Assembly (NCBI GenBank): GCA_035084275.1
Contig: CM068748.1
Coordinates: 4,588,001-4,652,000 of the forward strand
Direction: 5' to 3'
Source of the DNA: Hydrolagus colliei
Taxonomy: Eukaryota
Length of the DNA stretch: 64,000 bases
Shown here: positions 36,498 to 50,165 of the stretch, piece by piece
How positions within the stretch are numbered: the first letter of the stretch is position 1
How the letters are laid out: the number at the start of each line of letters is the position of its first letter
Notes under the pieces: generated by a model
Seen by the model: the letters and a program-made list of their open reading frames with translations, nothing else
Databases searched by the model: none
Told to the model about the DNA's origin: nothing
Position numbers and translations under genes: made by a program

Positions 36498-38578
36498 AGT
36501 CCATAGTTCTGGTTGCGATATTATCAAATTACACAATAAAGTGTATACTCATGTAATAATGACGCTTTATCATTCTCTTGACGTGAAAAGTGCTATACAA
36601 GTGTAATTTTGTTGTTGTAGTTGTTTACACCATGTTAACTATCAGAACATGGGTAAAATAAATGTTCTACATTCCTGTGCTTTATTCAGATTTACATATT
36701 TCTGATTTGATACACACTGGGTAAGAATGAAGTGGACTATTGTTTGGTTTCCCTTGGTACATGGTACAGTTATGCCTTATCTGACTGATATCTCGCATCT
36801 CTGTGGTTGGGCAAGGAGACCATTTGCAAAAGCCTGGGAGCAAAACACCTGCTCAGCATCTGCGATCACAGGCCAGGCTGATCTAAGATTAAAAGGTGAG
36901 TACATAAATTCTTTTTTTAAAAATAAATACATTATTTTAATTTAATGATATTAGATGCCAGTCTAAATCTAAATTGGTCTGCAGATATAATGATCAATAA
37001 TGTTTCCTTGAATTCACAAAAATTGAGATGATTGAAAAGTGTATATTGTACTCTTTTTGCTGGGAACAAAACACCATGTCATAAATGTACCTCTTTTGTC
37101 TGATATATGGTGTTCGCTTCAAATATAAGGTTTTGCAAGTGTCATGTTTACTTTCTGCAAGGCAGCAAAGAATAAAGTTAAGCTGTCCTCAAACCAAAGA
37201 AACATGTGATAATATATGTTTTTTATTGGCAGTGAAAGTGTACTTGCTATGGAAAGAAAAATGTCACTGCATCCTTTTTTGTTGACACTGCACTTTATGA
37301 GCAGAGTGTTTGTGCTGAAGTGATGCAAAACAGCCTGGCAAACAGAAATGAGGGTAAGTGTGGACATGCTCAGTGCAGGTCAGCTGGCCAAGCACAACCA
37401 AATTGTGTTGTCTTTGTTGAGCCAATACTAGTCCAAACATTGAGATCAAATGCCAAATTGTGAGCCATTGAACAAAATTATGTTGGGAAGGGCAGTCAAT
37501 GTAGTCAAATCTAACAATATGAAAATGTAATATCAATGATCAGTTGTGAATTAGAAACATTAGTTATCTATATTTTTGAAAGGTCATACTTGAGGCTGAG
37601 TCTACTGCTAACAGTAAATTCTAGGCTTTTTTTTGCAGAACCTGAGAGGACCCTTTGATAAATCCTTTATTCTTTGCAGTACTAAATCATTTGTTTCAAA
37701 CCCCACTAAGATTTTTAGGATATGTGAATATTGCATTCAATAGCACTCTTGGGGTTGGATATTTGATATTAAATTCATTGTCAGAAAACTAAACAATACC
37801 AAGACTGAAGGGATATCATACTCATATTGTTCATAGTTAGAATGCAATTTTCTAATAGCCCTGTTACAAAATGCATTGTAATTAATGAAAACAAAATTTT
37901 ATAAACATAAACTGAGCAAAATGTGAAAAATCTGCTGGGCACTTACGAAGAATAGTAGAAAGTTATGCAAAGAAGGTGACTGAACTATTCAAGGTGAATC
38001 ATCTGGAGGAATTAACCTGTGAAGACGTTTATTAAACAAGCTTTAATTTGGTTGACTTGAAACCTGGTTTGAATCAATACTTCCTTTTTAGGCTTGAAAT
38101 TGAACCAACTTCTGTGGCTGGTGATTATTTTATTTTAAAAACTGTTAACTTACTAAAGATGAGAAGGCGTAGAATTTTGAAATTAGATGTGCATTATATT
38201 TAATCCATAAATTTATCATGTTCTGTTGTAGATGGTGGAAGGGGAGAAGGGTACAAGGTTTCTTGGAATTATTGCCAACTGTCCATTAACACCTCGTCAA
38301 ACATGTGCTTGTGTGTATCAGATCAGACACGAAGGTTGTTACATTTGTGATGTGGATATCTAATGTAATAATGGGGGTGATTATTACAGAATGTTGCAAA
38401 AATATCAGTCAAGCACATTGGGGGAAGGAGGAACAGCGGATCCAATTAAATTGGGCCACATTGAGGTTTCCAATCACTTAAATGGGCTTGCAGTAGCTGC
38501 ACATATGTCTCTCAGAAATTCAGCTCAGACCTGGTGCTAACAGAACAAACTCATCGTCAAACACAGCAAGAGAGGAGC

Positions 38579-38840
38579 ATGGATTTTGCTCCTATTCTGG
38601 CTGCTATCATCCTGTCAGATCAGCAACAGGATGAATGGTAGGCAATGGCACACAGGCACAGGACTCTCACAGGAAGACCTGAGGGAAAGGGTCTAACAGC
38701 GGCAGAATGTCACAGCGAGGAGCAGTTCTACGGAGGTTGAAGCTCTCAAGGGAGGCAATTACTGAACTATGTCTCCTCTGTGACTAGAACCGCTCTACCT
38801 GTGGCTGTAAAGGCCACAGCTGCCCTGATATTTTGTTCAA
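38579..38840 (+). mobile_element. PIF/Harbinger transposase pseudogene fragment (N-terminal region)
   Basis: With one frameshift, 38714-38778 reads SEEQ(C)LRRLKLSREAITELCLL, then TRTALPVAVKATAALIFC (38783-38836). This matches the Harbinger/HARBI1-type pattern SEEQCLRRLRxSRExxxELCxLL...TALPVAVKVTAALNFYA. Confidence 0.7.
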
Positions 38841-39310
38841 TCGAGTCAGCTGGTAGTGGTTTAGTGGGCATTACCCAGAAAATACAAGTCCCTGTAGTTC
38901 TCCTCATATCGTGGCTCTGTACCTATTATGATGCCCTCTATATTCCACCCAATAGGTATACAAGTGGAGGATGGGTCTTCATCTGAAACAGGACCTTCAG
39001 GTGTTTCACATTGATTGAAGGAGGTTTATTTCTTTGGCTACTAGTGGGCCATAACTGGCCATAAGATGACACTGATACAATCGCCTTTCTTTGCCAGAAT
39101 AGTCACTTTAAGATCCTGTCATGGTATTAGGTTTGGATCAGTTTATGTTCTTTTTTAATTCGAAGGAATTTATTCCTGACCTTCTGCTAGGTTTCATGGG
39201 TGATGGACACCAAATTGATCCAACTGGCAATAACATAATTTATCTGTTGTCTTGGCCTTGTGGCAGTGTTCTTGCCACTGGTTCATAATCCAAGCAGATA
39301 CTTCAGATCA

Positions 39311-39548
39311 AACATTAAACTGAGGTCCCATCTGCATGTTCAGGTGACATTATACAAAAATAGTAGGAAGATTCTCTCAGTGCCCTGGCCAACAAAGCTT
39401 CAGATGAATTGGTCATTCATCTCATGGCTCTTTGCAGGACCTTATTGGTGCAAATGACTGCCACATTTGCCATAAATACGGTTATTAGACTGTGACAGTA
39501 ATTATATTCTGTGACAGGTAAGGCACTGTATAATGTAAGCTATTTCTT
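39311..39548 (+). mobile_element. Ancient DeuSINE relic
   Basis: acattaaactgaggtcccatctgcatgttcaggtg...ttctctcagtgccctggccaaca...ggtcattcatctcatggct...gcaaatgactgccacattt...aaggcactgtataatgtaagctatttc; aligns with 12524-12690. Confidence 0.65.
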
Positions 39549-41474
39549 CAATCTTACAAACATTTCTGGCATGTAGATCAGGGAATTTTGCACGTAAGCC
39601 AAATATTTGATGGCCAGTATTTCTTCTACAATAATAGATATCTCAATGTTATTAAAATGCTGTGTTCTCAAGCTTACAATCACCATAACTGGATTAGCAG
39701 TTAGTTCATTTCATATGGGGTCAAGAAGCTAATTTCTTGCTTCTTAAGGTGTTAAAATTGAATAATCACAGAATCACTGTAACTGGTTCATTAAACTACA
39801 TGAGCAGCAGACAACACAGAACTGCTCAGAAAACAATGAAGCATTCCACATGTTTTCTATTGTTCTCTTTGCACAACCAGTTCTTAAACATTAGGGCCAA
39901 AACTCAGTAAATTAACAAAATGGTGTAAGTCCAAAAGAAAAGGATTACAACTTTTAAAAAAAATTATATTACACTATTACTCAAATCAGATTAATCTTAA
40001 CTGTATTTGTGTGGAATTCAACATTAAAAGTAAAGTTGTGCAATATTTGTTTATAATATTGAACAAGTTGTGAAAGCATTTAATTCTAATCCATGTAATA
40101 CCATTTGTTTACATGTAAATAGTGTCTGCCAACCTTGTATACACACACAGATATTTATCCAGTTTGTGGTCTATCTGTGTAGTGCCTGCCACATATTAAG
40201 AAGAATGAGGGTACTCAGCAGGGAGTAAACCAAAGTCATTCATTCTTTGTGTAGTTAAATGGGTTTGCATAAGCAAGCTTCCACTGGTGATACTTAATGG
40301 CACCTTTCAATCGATTTGTTTGACAGATCGTTCACGGAAGTTTGCTTCCGTGTGGCACAAGGATTGCTCTGTGTATCCAGTGTCTTTCTTTATCTCCCTT
40401 TATTCTACAAACCATCTAGCTAATAAACTTCATTTAGGTGTAAATATCTAGGCTGAGAAATGAACGATTCTGATTGAAAACACAGTGTGGGTATAATTAG
40501 AAAAATCCTTTTTTTTCAATCAGTTGTTAAGATATAAAGATGTTCAGTATTGCACCGACGTCTCACTGTGAAGTTATCTTCGTGTGTGTATTACTGATAG
40601 CCATCTTGTAAATTTGCTGAAATACTTTTATTGCATTCTTTTTAGCATACAATTTCATTCATCAAAGAATAAGTGAGATGTGAACAGTGTTTTCTTAAAT
40701 TGTAGGAATAACTTCATGTTGGTAAAGTGATTTACATGACTGAAAAAGAAAACTGAACTATACGAAAACTGAAAACGAAACATTTGAATAATTATTTTTC
40801 TGATGCGACTTTTATGTTTGAATAGTAATACCTGTGTCTGTGAACCTGCTGATGGCAATAAAATTCTCAGTAAATTCAGAATATCATTATTGTCCTGGTG
40901 GACATATTTCTTCACACAATACACAGTTATTGTTATAGCTATAAAAAGTATTCATTTTATACTTGTCCATCATAAAACAATACAGAGAAAATCAGTTATC
41001 CAAAAGCAAATGAGATTTGCACTCAGAAGAAGATGAAAATCTGAATGAACAGTGAAAATAATGACAGATGAACAAAGATTAAATTCTAAATGGAATGCAT
41101 TATAAACATCACTGGCAGCTTAAAGGAAAAAGGTGAGAAGCAAATTCTGGATTTGTTATAGAAGCCACATAAATGCCATTTTGTAGTTAAATTTGCATTG
41201 GACTAATTCTTATTCATTCTATCTAAGGTGATCCAAACTTTGTTAAAAATAATGATGTTACCTTTCATAATGCAATTAATAATAAAATAATATCATTAAT
41301 AAATAATAAATGATAAATTCCATCCTTTCTACTAATCATGATTTAATCTCTATCTGATTATTCTGATATCTCCCTTCTTATCCTGAAGGTGCTCCACGGA
41401 GATCAGCTGGTTATTGTACCTCACCTCATCTCACTCAAGTAAGGAGGTAATGTAAATATGGTATTAAGTATCAG

Positions 41475-41996
41475 CTTTTGATCTGCCTTAGTTAAAGTCA
41501 CCAATGACATCCTGAACAACCTGGTTCATAGCTCAACTATTTCCAGCAATGTTGACCTCTCTAATCTCCTCCATTCCCTGTCTTTAGTGGTCAATTACCA
41601 TATCAGTAGTAGATTCTCCTGTGCTCTCTTTGGCCTCTTTGACTTTACAGTACTGGAAACAAAATTATCTTCATTCAGAACTTCTCAGACCAAGTCTTGT
41701 GCCCAAATGATTACATACTCTAATTATCCCTGTTCTTGCCAAGCTCCACTGAATCCATGTCCCACAGTGGATCAAAATAAAGATCTTTGTCCTCATTTCA
41801 AGTGTTCAATGGCTGCACTCTATTCTCTGAAATCACTTCCAAAACCATTTTGCCTTTCTACCTCTCACTGCACAAAAACTGTAGAGGCTTCTTTCAGACA
41901 GTCATCCCTATATTTCTCCCACACCTTGTTAAACACTTTGAAACATTCTTTTATGTAAATGACACTATCTAAATGCAAGTTGTGTTGTTGTTGTTG
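41475..41996 (+). mobile_element. Highly degraded L2 LINE fragments
   Basis: gccttagttaaagtcaccaatgacatcctg encodes ALVKVTNDIL (L2 RT motif). The region ends in the L2 tail gacactatctaaatgcaagttgtgttgttgttgtt. Confidence 0.6.
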
Positions 41997-42740
41997 GCAC
42001 AACTTATTTCAGCTTGACCTACAAAGTTGGCCTTGTGTCATATATCCTGCATGAGCAATTTTGTGCTGAGTATGTTCATGTTTTGCATTTATGCTATTGT
42101 TGTGTACTTGTTATCAACTCTACACCTGCCTTCCTTCTTAAATCCCAAGCTTTTTTACACGTCTCATCGTAAGGCATAGGCAAATCGTTCCTTTCAATGT
42201 TGTTGCTGTACACTTGACAACTTGGTAGTGAATTCACAAGTTCCAGGAAAAATCAAACCTGAAATTTTCAGTATAGCGGAGTATCTACTAGAATCGATAC
42301 CCCAATTTTGCTTTCTGCTAGTTGCTCCAGAAAGAAGGGAAAGAAGCACGTTGTGTTGGTTTCAGTATGAACGAAGTCTGGCCAATTTAATTATCCAGTG
42401 TGAGCCTGACCCCTCCCTGGGGCTAATAGATTGTCACTGCTAACTAGATTGATGTGCGTATGGGCATGGGAATTCAGCAACACACAGTGAGTGCTCCGGT
42501 TTTGCCCAAAACACAAAGTGTGCCAAATATAACATGTCAGAAGCAAGTGAAGTGCCACTGTTTAAATACTGTTTCACCTGCTCAACATTGACATTCCTAA
42601 TCTGCTCTTGCAGAATTACAGCAGCATTGAAAAGCATGCACGTGTGAAGTTAGCCTCTCTGCCGCCTACATTCTTTTTTCCCCCAAGTAAACTTTTGGGG
42701 TTCTTATATAACCAAACTATGTTTAACATGCCTCTTTTAT

Positions 42741-42804
42741 CAGCGCCTTGGGATGTCCTTCTGACGTGAAAGGCGGTATGTAAATGTAATTTTGTTGTTG
42801 TTGT
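42741..42804 (+). repeat. Solo L2 3' hairpin+tail insertion
   Basis: cagcgccttgggatgtccttctgacgtgaaaggcggtatgtaaatgtaattttgttgttgttgt, flanked by unrelated sequence. Confidence 0.8.
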
Positions 42805-44479
42805 AGCATTTTCTCACAAACGGCTCATATCTGTAAGTATTGAATAACTTGTTCTCTTTGTAGAAAGAATAGCTCTCTATCTCCTCTGCAGTGTCAAAGG
42901 TTATATAAATAGGTTTAATGTATATTTACTCCTTGTTGTTATTAGTATTATTATTGTTCCTTCCATAAATTGGGGTTGAAAATTGCAGAATTTAATGTGA
43001 TAATTCTCACTAGTGATTAATAGCACATCAAACTTCTAAAAATGTATCCCCTTCTTGCTACAGTAATAAGCCAATTTTAGACAGTCTAAAATTAGGCCAG
43101 GAATAGTTTTTAATTGAAGATCCTGCTTTGTAAGGAGCTTTTTCTAACACCTCCCAGATATGCCTAATACTCAAGGTAGATTTATTCTTTCCCACACCTG
43201 CATGTCAGCAGCACTCATTGTCCATTATCCTCCAGTAAAAGTGTGGTAAGTTTAAATCTTACACACATACAATTTCAGTGGATCCAACTTCATTCCAAGT
43301 AGTTTTTTTCTCTTGTCTAATCATTGAGCCTTTTCTTAATATTTACTTCAACAACATTTGCATATTAATCAAAAAATAATTTGTCCCTATATCTGTGTAC
43401 AATATGGTGAAAGTTATTTTCTTTTGCTTTCTTTGAAGATTGGGAATCAATTATGGAAAGAACAAAATATGTTTTGTATTAGTTTCACATAATAGGTTTA
43501 CCATTTATTGCACTAATATAAAACAAATAATAGTGTATACCAAGAAGTGAAGTAAAATAGGAAATTGTAGCATAATAGCACCAATAATAAGGGCACAGTA
43601 GGACAACAATTTACTGGTTGAGATTATTATAGAAAAAAGTTCATTGGCACCTACCCAATAAAAATAGTTTAAACTTAGATGATATTTCTTGGAACCACAA
43701 TTGAGCTTTTCTATACCAAATATGGGAAAGATTAGGAAAGCAGAAGGAACATAGAGAAGTGCAGTTACTGTGTTGAGTAAATAATATTTACTGACATAAA
43801 TATTAAGCAATCATAAAACAGTCAGACATGTGTGACAAGGTTTCACAGCTATGAATATATATAACCACTAAAGAGTAAGAATCCCATTTAGTATGAGCAT
43901 GACCATGATAGATAGAAGTAATGATAAATCATGATATTTTATCCTGAGGAAAATAAGGTTTACATGTTAAAGCATTTACCGTTAACTCTTTACTTCCAAT
44001 CAATATAGTGATAAATCACTGTTTGAATTTATAGTGCTAAACATTTCTGACAGCTGTTTTGACAAAGTGTTAATAGGCTTCCGCCATAGGGCACCAGTAT
44101 CACCTTGCTGTAGGAAAGATTCTTAACAGATTAATGCCCATTCCAGCTACTATGACTGGAGCTGATCTAACTCTGCTAAGGGATAAACACTGAGCTGATC
44201 ATTAGCAAAAAATACATTAAATACAATTCAAATAAATTGAAGTATTCTGCAAAGGATGTAAAACAAAAGGCAAATGGGTGGGATAATACTTGCCAAAAGA
44301 GAAGTTAAAAAGGACCCTGGGACATTGGTAACTTGTTGCTCTGTCAAGTTGACACAGAGTGAGGCAGCAATAAAAAGCCAAGCAGTTTGCTGGGCAACAT
44401 TGAGCCACAAGCTCTACAGTGCTCTGGTTCCATTGAATGTGGGCCACTTCACACAGTCAACATAAAAGAACACACAGGA

Positions 44480-44581
44480 GACACTTAAGAAACAGCTTAA
44501 TGTTGAAATGGGTATGCTTGATATTGAAGAAGGATGAGGTCAAATAGGCCTTTTTCATCTGAAATTCTCTTGTGATCCTGT
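44480..44581 (+). mobile_element. Old CR1-type 3' tail relic
   Basis: aagaaacagcttaatgttg...ggatgaggtcaaataggcctttttcatctgaaattctcttgtgatcctgt resembles CR1 3'UTR ends. Confidence 0.45.
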
Positions 44582-45111
44582 AATTACCTTGATCATGGAC
44601 TTCGACAAGAATTTGATACTATTTCAAGCATAATATTTTGATCGCAGTCATTTGAGTTCTCCATATAATTCCCTAATCGAGAAGTATAGAAGGGGCTCCT
44701 CAATTAGACAGTGAGTATTCACTCCATCCTTGGAGAAAATATCTGAATTTAGAATTTTGGATATTCAGCATTCCACAAAGACACTTTGCAAAGCAAATAT
44801 GGCCTGTAACTTGAAACAAAGAAAAGTTGCTTGCTTATAGTTAATTTGCACAATTTTTATTCCAAAAATGCAGAACTAAACACACCCTTGAAACACTCTT
44901 TATGTTCGACCCCTGACTGGTTTAGAGCAGATTTGTACATATTGGCTTACTTGGCATTAAATTAATTAATCACCACAGGTGTGCATCCTGCATGCTTCAG
45001 TACAATCCTGCAATTAGCTTGCTGTTCACCAATTGCTCCTTGGATGTTTCACCACATTTGCTTAAAAAATAGAGCAGAAGGGAATAGAGTTAAGAAAAAT
45101 GGTGTGTGAAT

Positions 45112-45445
45112 GGGCTCCTGTGGCTTATTGGTTAGAGCACTTGTCTTGCAAGCTGGGGTGACCTGTGTTCGAATCCAGGTAGGTCAGGTTGAAACCTTGG
45201 GCAAGTTTCCTTACTCCACATACCTAACAATAATCAGTCCAAAAAAAACACAATAATAAAATTGGTCATTTCAATCCACGATTGTTTGTGGGACACTGCT
45301 GAGCACAATTGGCTGCCGCGATTCGCCCACAAATATACAGTCAATTTACGTTATAGTATATTCTGTGAAGCACTTTGGGACGTCGATAAGATGTGAAAAG
45401 TGCTATATCAAATGCAAGGATTATTATTATAATTATAATTATAAT
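45112..45445 (+). mobile_element. tRNA-derived Deu-domain SINE, full length
   Basis: A-box TGGCTTATTGG (45121-45131), B-box GTTCGAATCC (45167-45176), core gtttgtgggacactgctgagcacaattggctgccgcgattcgcccacaaatatacagtc, and an (ATT)n tail. Confidence 0.93.
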
Positions 45446-46961
45446 GAACAGACTTGGCACTTTCCAATTCAATCTGAACAGTACATAGAAATGATAAGTT
45501 GATTAGATACAATACAACAGTTAAAGAAAATGACACCGGTAAAATACCAAAGTTGAATAAGTAAGATCCATGTATGTATTTTCAAAAAGCATTGGGTAAT
45601 GTGTCACATAAAAGGAATACTGTATATGGCAAATGTTATGGCATTTGAAATCAAGGGGAGTGTGGCTATATAAACAAACAAATAGTTAGAGGGCAGTAAT
45701 CAAGATATAAAGGAAAAGCTGGGTAATTCAGGATCTGACTACGAAACTGGATTATCATTGTTGCACCCAGTCCACGAAATATGCCTTTTCTACTGAGCAA
45801 AAGTACTGTTAGACAAGAAACCGACACGTTGAAGATTGGGTTCAATCTTAAACAGGATACTGACAACTGTGTAGGACAATTCAGATGAACAGTTGGGAGA
45901 AAATCGATCAAAACGATATTAACTTAACATCACCAAACCTTTACGAGATCCACAACATGATTAACAAACTCAAGAATAAGAAGTGCACTTGATTGGACAA
46001 ACATTAGTTGCTGACTGGAGATGGATGAGCTGATGCCCACTGTCACATCCTTTATGCCTTGTGGGTGGAAAAAAAATCAAAGTAAAAAAAAATCAAAAAA
46101 GTAAAAAGCATTTATTGGAGGGAGAAGTGCTGAGATAGTTGATCATCAGCAATATGCCTTGTTACCTATTAGATTGAACCTGGTAGCTTTCACAGCCCAT
46201 GTTTCGTGAAAAATCCATAAATACTTCAGGAGAACCTATGCTGAATGTTAATGCATTGTGAGAACAGACGAAACAACATAAAACCGCTTTCATATAGAGG
46301 CTAGAGTACGATAAGGATACATCTGGTTATCCTTCTTATTTGATGTTCTGACTGACTAGGTATGCACATGTCCTGCATGTTCATCATATTGTTGTATTAT
46401 TCAGAGAAATAGCAATCATCTCTAATAAGGTTATCTCATCTGAACTTTCCAGATTGCATATTGTTAGAAAAGTAAATGTAAAGTATACTCTACAGAAATC
46501 AATAATTACTGAATGAGCAGAAGTAGAGATTGGTGATTATTGATTTTTTTTATTAAAAAAAAACTGCAAATAAGAGAAGAGTTGATCGGTGTTATTTGCA
46601 TGACCAGGTAAGAAAACGTGATAGAATCCTGGGTTTATTTATTTTCTTTCCTATCCCTAACCTATAGTCATGAACGTCAGGCAAATAGAACAACAGAGAG
46701 GCTGGTTTGTGAACCTAATGAGCGTGTATATACTGAGAGGCTATCTATTTACAGCATATGCAAAAGTACACCTTCATTTCATATTTTGTTGAATTACTTA
46801 GGTTTAAATTGTGCAGTTTATGACTGGAGTTGTTAGTAGCAACACAGTCACCAATGGGAAATCCTGCCTGTAACTAGCAATACGTCATGGCCGACTTGTG
46901 GTATCTCCGTTTCAAATTGCTGGATTTAGATTCCCGTGAATTTTCCATAACCAGAGATATA

Positions 46962-47248
46962 ATAATAATAATCATAATAATAATCCTTGCGTTTGATATG
47001 GTGCTTTTTACATCTTCTAGACGTGTCAACGTGCTTCACAGAATATACTGGAAAGTGAATTGACTATATATTTTGTGGGCGAAACGCAGCAGCCAATTGC
47101 GCACAGCAGCGCAAACAGTCATAGATTGAGTGACCAGGCGTGTGGAGTAAGGAAACCTGCCCGTGGGTTTGCCCTGACCTGCCGGTAATCAAACCCAGGT
47201 CTCTCACTTGTGAGGCAAGTGCTATAACCACTGAGCTACAGGACTCCA
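46962..47248 (-). mobile_element. tRNA-derived Deu-domain SINE lacking the A-rich linker
   Basis: The reverse complement begins ggagtcctgtagctcagtggttatagcacttgcc, with Deu core and (ATT)n tail. A possible 7-bp target-site duplication AGATATA lies at 46955-46961 and 47250-47256. Confidence 0.9.
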
Positions 47249-49790
47249 CAGATATATAAGGGTATATCATGCATTAATCACAAAATAATAATCTCATCAT
47301 TACCATTTTAAAATGGGATTTCCGATTAAAAAGATGTAATGAAAAGGTTCCACCTGATAATAATGCCAAAGCCATAATGAAAAGATTGTTATTTTTAGTG
47401 ATTTGCATATGATATACCCCTCAACCTGTAATTGAAGTCTCCCACATTTCTCGTGTGGTATCTCTTCAGAAAAGGTAGAATAGTATGTCAAACTCTGATG
47501 CAGAAGGTGGATTGACAACATATCTTTATTTACAAACAATAGGTATAGATTATTTTGTATTCCAAGTCTAGATTCTCAGGTATCTACACTCATCTGTTCA
47601 TTATGGTCTGTTTGCCACAGCTTCCTTTGGCTTCCACATTCAAGATATTTTCAGTCACTGAAAGGTAAAAGGGAAAAGGAAATTGAACAAACTGAGATTG
47701 AGATCCATCTTAATTTAGATTCTAAATAATTGACAATTAAACTCTGGTGCCATTCAGGCAGAAAAGTAATACAGTTATCTGGTTCAGTAAAATGCCTGAA
47801 TCCTTAGGGGAAAGGTTCAACTTGGATTGAACACTCTTTAAAAAGAACTGTTAGATCTGCTCATATTACCAGATATGAGAAAGAAGTACAGATGCCCAAC
47901 TTACAGACGTTAGATGCATGAAACGTTCTTTTGTGAACATGCTTTTCCCTTTTGGCTAATTGTAAGGGTGTCTTAGTTAGGTGGCAGCCAAACATTAAAA
48001 AAACTATGCAAAAGTATAAGATACATATTAAACCATGACATCTAATAAAATGTGCTTAAAATTGAAGGGCCATGATAAATTCTACCAGTCAACTGGATAC
48101 ATTATTGTGTTAGTGAATAATAATTATCAGAATAATAATCCTTGCACTTGATGTAGCGTCTTTCACATTGGGAGGATGCAACAAAGCATTATTCTTTAGA
48201 TGTTGTATTCCAAAGGAAGAACGTGTAGAGCCAAAAAAAGAAATAGCTTTGGGGTGTATAAGCAATTCAAAGATCAATCATTGGAAAAACAGTGGCCCCT
48301 TTGCCAGAAAGATGTATCTGAGGGACTAATGTGCACTTTCAAATTCCTAAAGCAGTGTGAGGGTGATGGAAACATGACTTAAACTATCTATTAGTTAGTC
48401 AGTTGCTTATTATATAATATAGTTCGTTGAAGTCAAAGAAGAACTTATTGAGATATGTGGGGACAGTCTCATGCCACTTGGGTAGAAGCGGATTAATTTA
48501 TGATTACTTTATTCTGGACAATTGTGGAAGGCACACAAGATAAAGAGACCACAGAGTGTTTTGCTTATGGAGTTATTAGTGTTTGTGTGTAATATTGGCT
48601 AGAAGAATTCTCGATGGTATTCTAAAACTCACCTACACCTTTGTGATTTTTACAGTTTTATTTTCAAATAAAGTGAAGCATCAATATTTTTGAATCACTG
48701 TACAACGCATTCATTCCTGACCTGCTGAGAAAGATTAAAAAAAAAACATTTTCAGTGTGCTTCTTAATACTGTTTAACTAATAAATGCATGTTATTGCAT
48801 GCTACATATGTGATAGCACATGCGATCAATAGTTTGGTAGATTAGTTTGAATGTGCTCAAACCAATCAATCCTGACCAGATTACCTCTAAAACAGGTAAA
48901 TATGACTCTGATAGTTTTGAGATTTTTCTTTATTTAGCCTCTGTATACAGGTATTGGATGCTGTCTCTCTCAATTCAGAGAAAGCTTTTGATAGAGATAA
49001 ATGACCTTATCTGTTTCTAGTGACAAAAGAGTTGAACTTTGGAACCAATTTTATTCAATGAATAGAGATGTTGTACTGTTTCCAGAAAAGACCCATGACA
49101 CAAGATTGGCCCATTGCCCATTTCTCATTTTATTCTGTTTTAGTGTTAGAACCCCTATCTGCTGCTTTCGGGCTGAACAGTGTCAAAGAGATACAGAGTG
49201 GTTGTGGGGTTCACAATACTGACTTACTTAAATATGTTCCATTGGTAACAGACACACATCACATTTGTGTTATCAGTATGAATCTGAATGTCAAATTAAT
49301 TGGAGTAAAGGTTATGGCTCGATCTTTGCCAAGCAATTGATTTCTATATCACTTTTAGAATATGCCTTCAGTCCATCAATGGTTCAAGTGTCCAGGTCTC
49401 GATTTGCAATGGAAGTATCTTTTCAAAAAACAGAGACTGAACATGCCAGATGGGTAAGGCTCATTTGGATCCCATCGATCAAGAGAGGTAAGCCTTCTCA
49501 AATGTTGTGTTATCAAGAAAATGTGTTTTAAAATAAATGCCTTTTTGGTACTCCTCAGAAATAGTGTCAGTATGGTTAAAAACCCAGATGGTTGGGAAGC
49601 TAACTATGGAAAGCATCATAGACATTTCAGGTGTACCCATCTAAACCCATTTAATTTATTTCAATGACATTTTATGTAGTAACTTCATTCTTCAACCAGC
49701 TACCTGGTGAATTAGCATCTGGTCATTGTTGTAAATTTGTCCTCCATAGGAAATCTCACTTGGCTCGATTGACATTTTTTTTGTGTGTGT

Positions 49791-50165
49791 AACAACAACA
49801 ATTTTGATTTATATAGTGCCCTTCACGCCGGATGGCGTCTCAGAGCGTTTCACAGTAGCGGATCCCGGGACCGAGCCAGGGGCAGGGGTAGAAAGGTGAC
49901 CAAAGACGCTGTCAAAGAGAAAGGTCTTTAGCTGTGATCTGAAACAGGGAAGAGAGGGGGCTAGACGAAGGGAGTGAGGAAGGGAGTTCCAGAGCCTTGG
50001 GACATAGTGGCTGAAGGCACGGCCGCCGAGGGTGGAGCAGAGAATTCGGGGGACATGGAGGGGGCCAGACCTGGTGGAGCGAAGGCAGCAGGTGCTGGTT
50101 TGGGGATAGAGGAGATCAGAGAGGTAGGGGGGTGCAATGGAGTGGAGGGATTTGAAAATAAGGGT
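49791..50165 (-). mobile_element. L2 LINE 3' fragment
   Basis: Tail aacaacaacaattttgatttatatagtgcccttcacg. The minus strand reads ...HSTPYLSDLL...LGGRAFSHYVPRLWNSLP...FRSQLKTFLFDSVF. Confidence 0.88.

Noticed and set aside
45112-45185. tRNA genes (also 1822-1890, 7010-7081, 47175-47248)
   Set aside because: These are tRNA-derived SINE heads: no intact acceptor stem, and each continues into a SINE body and tail.
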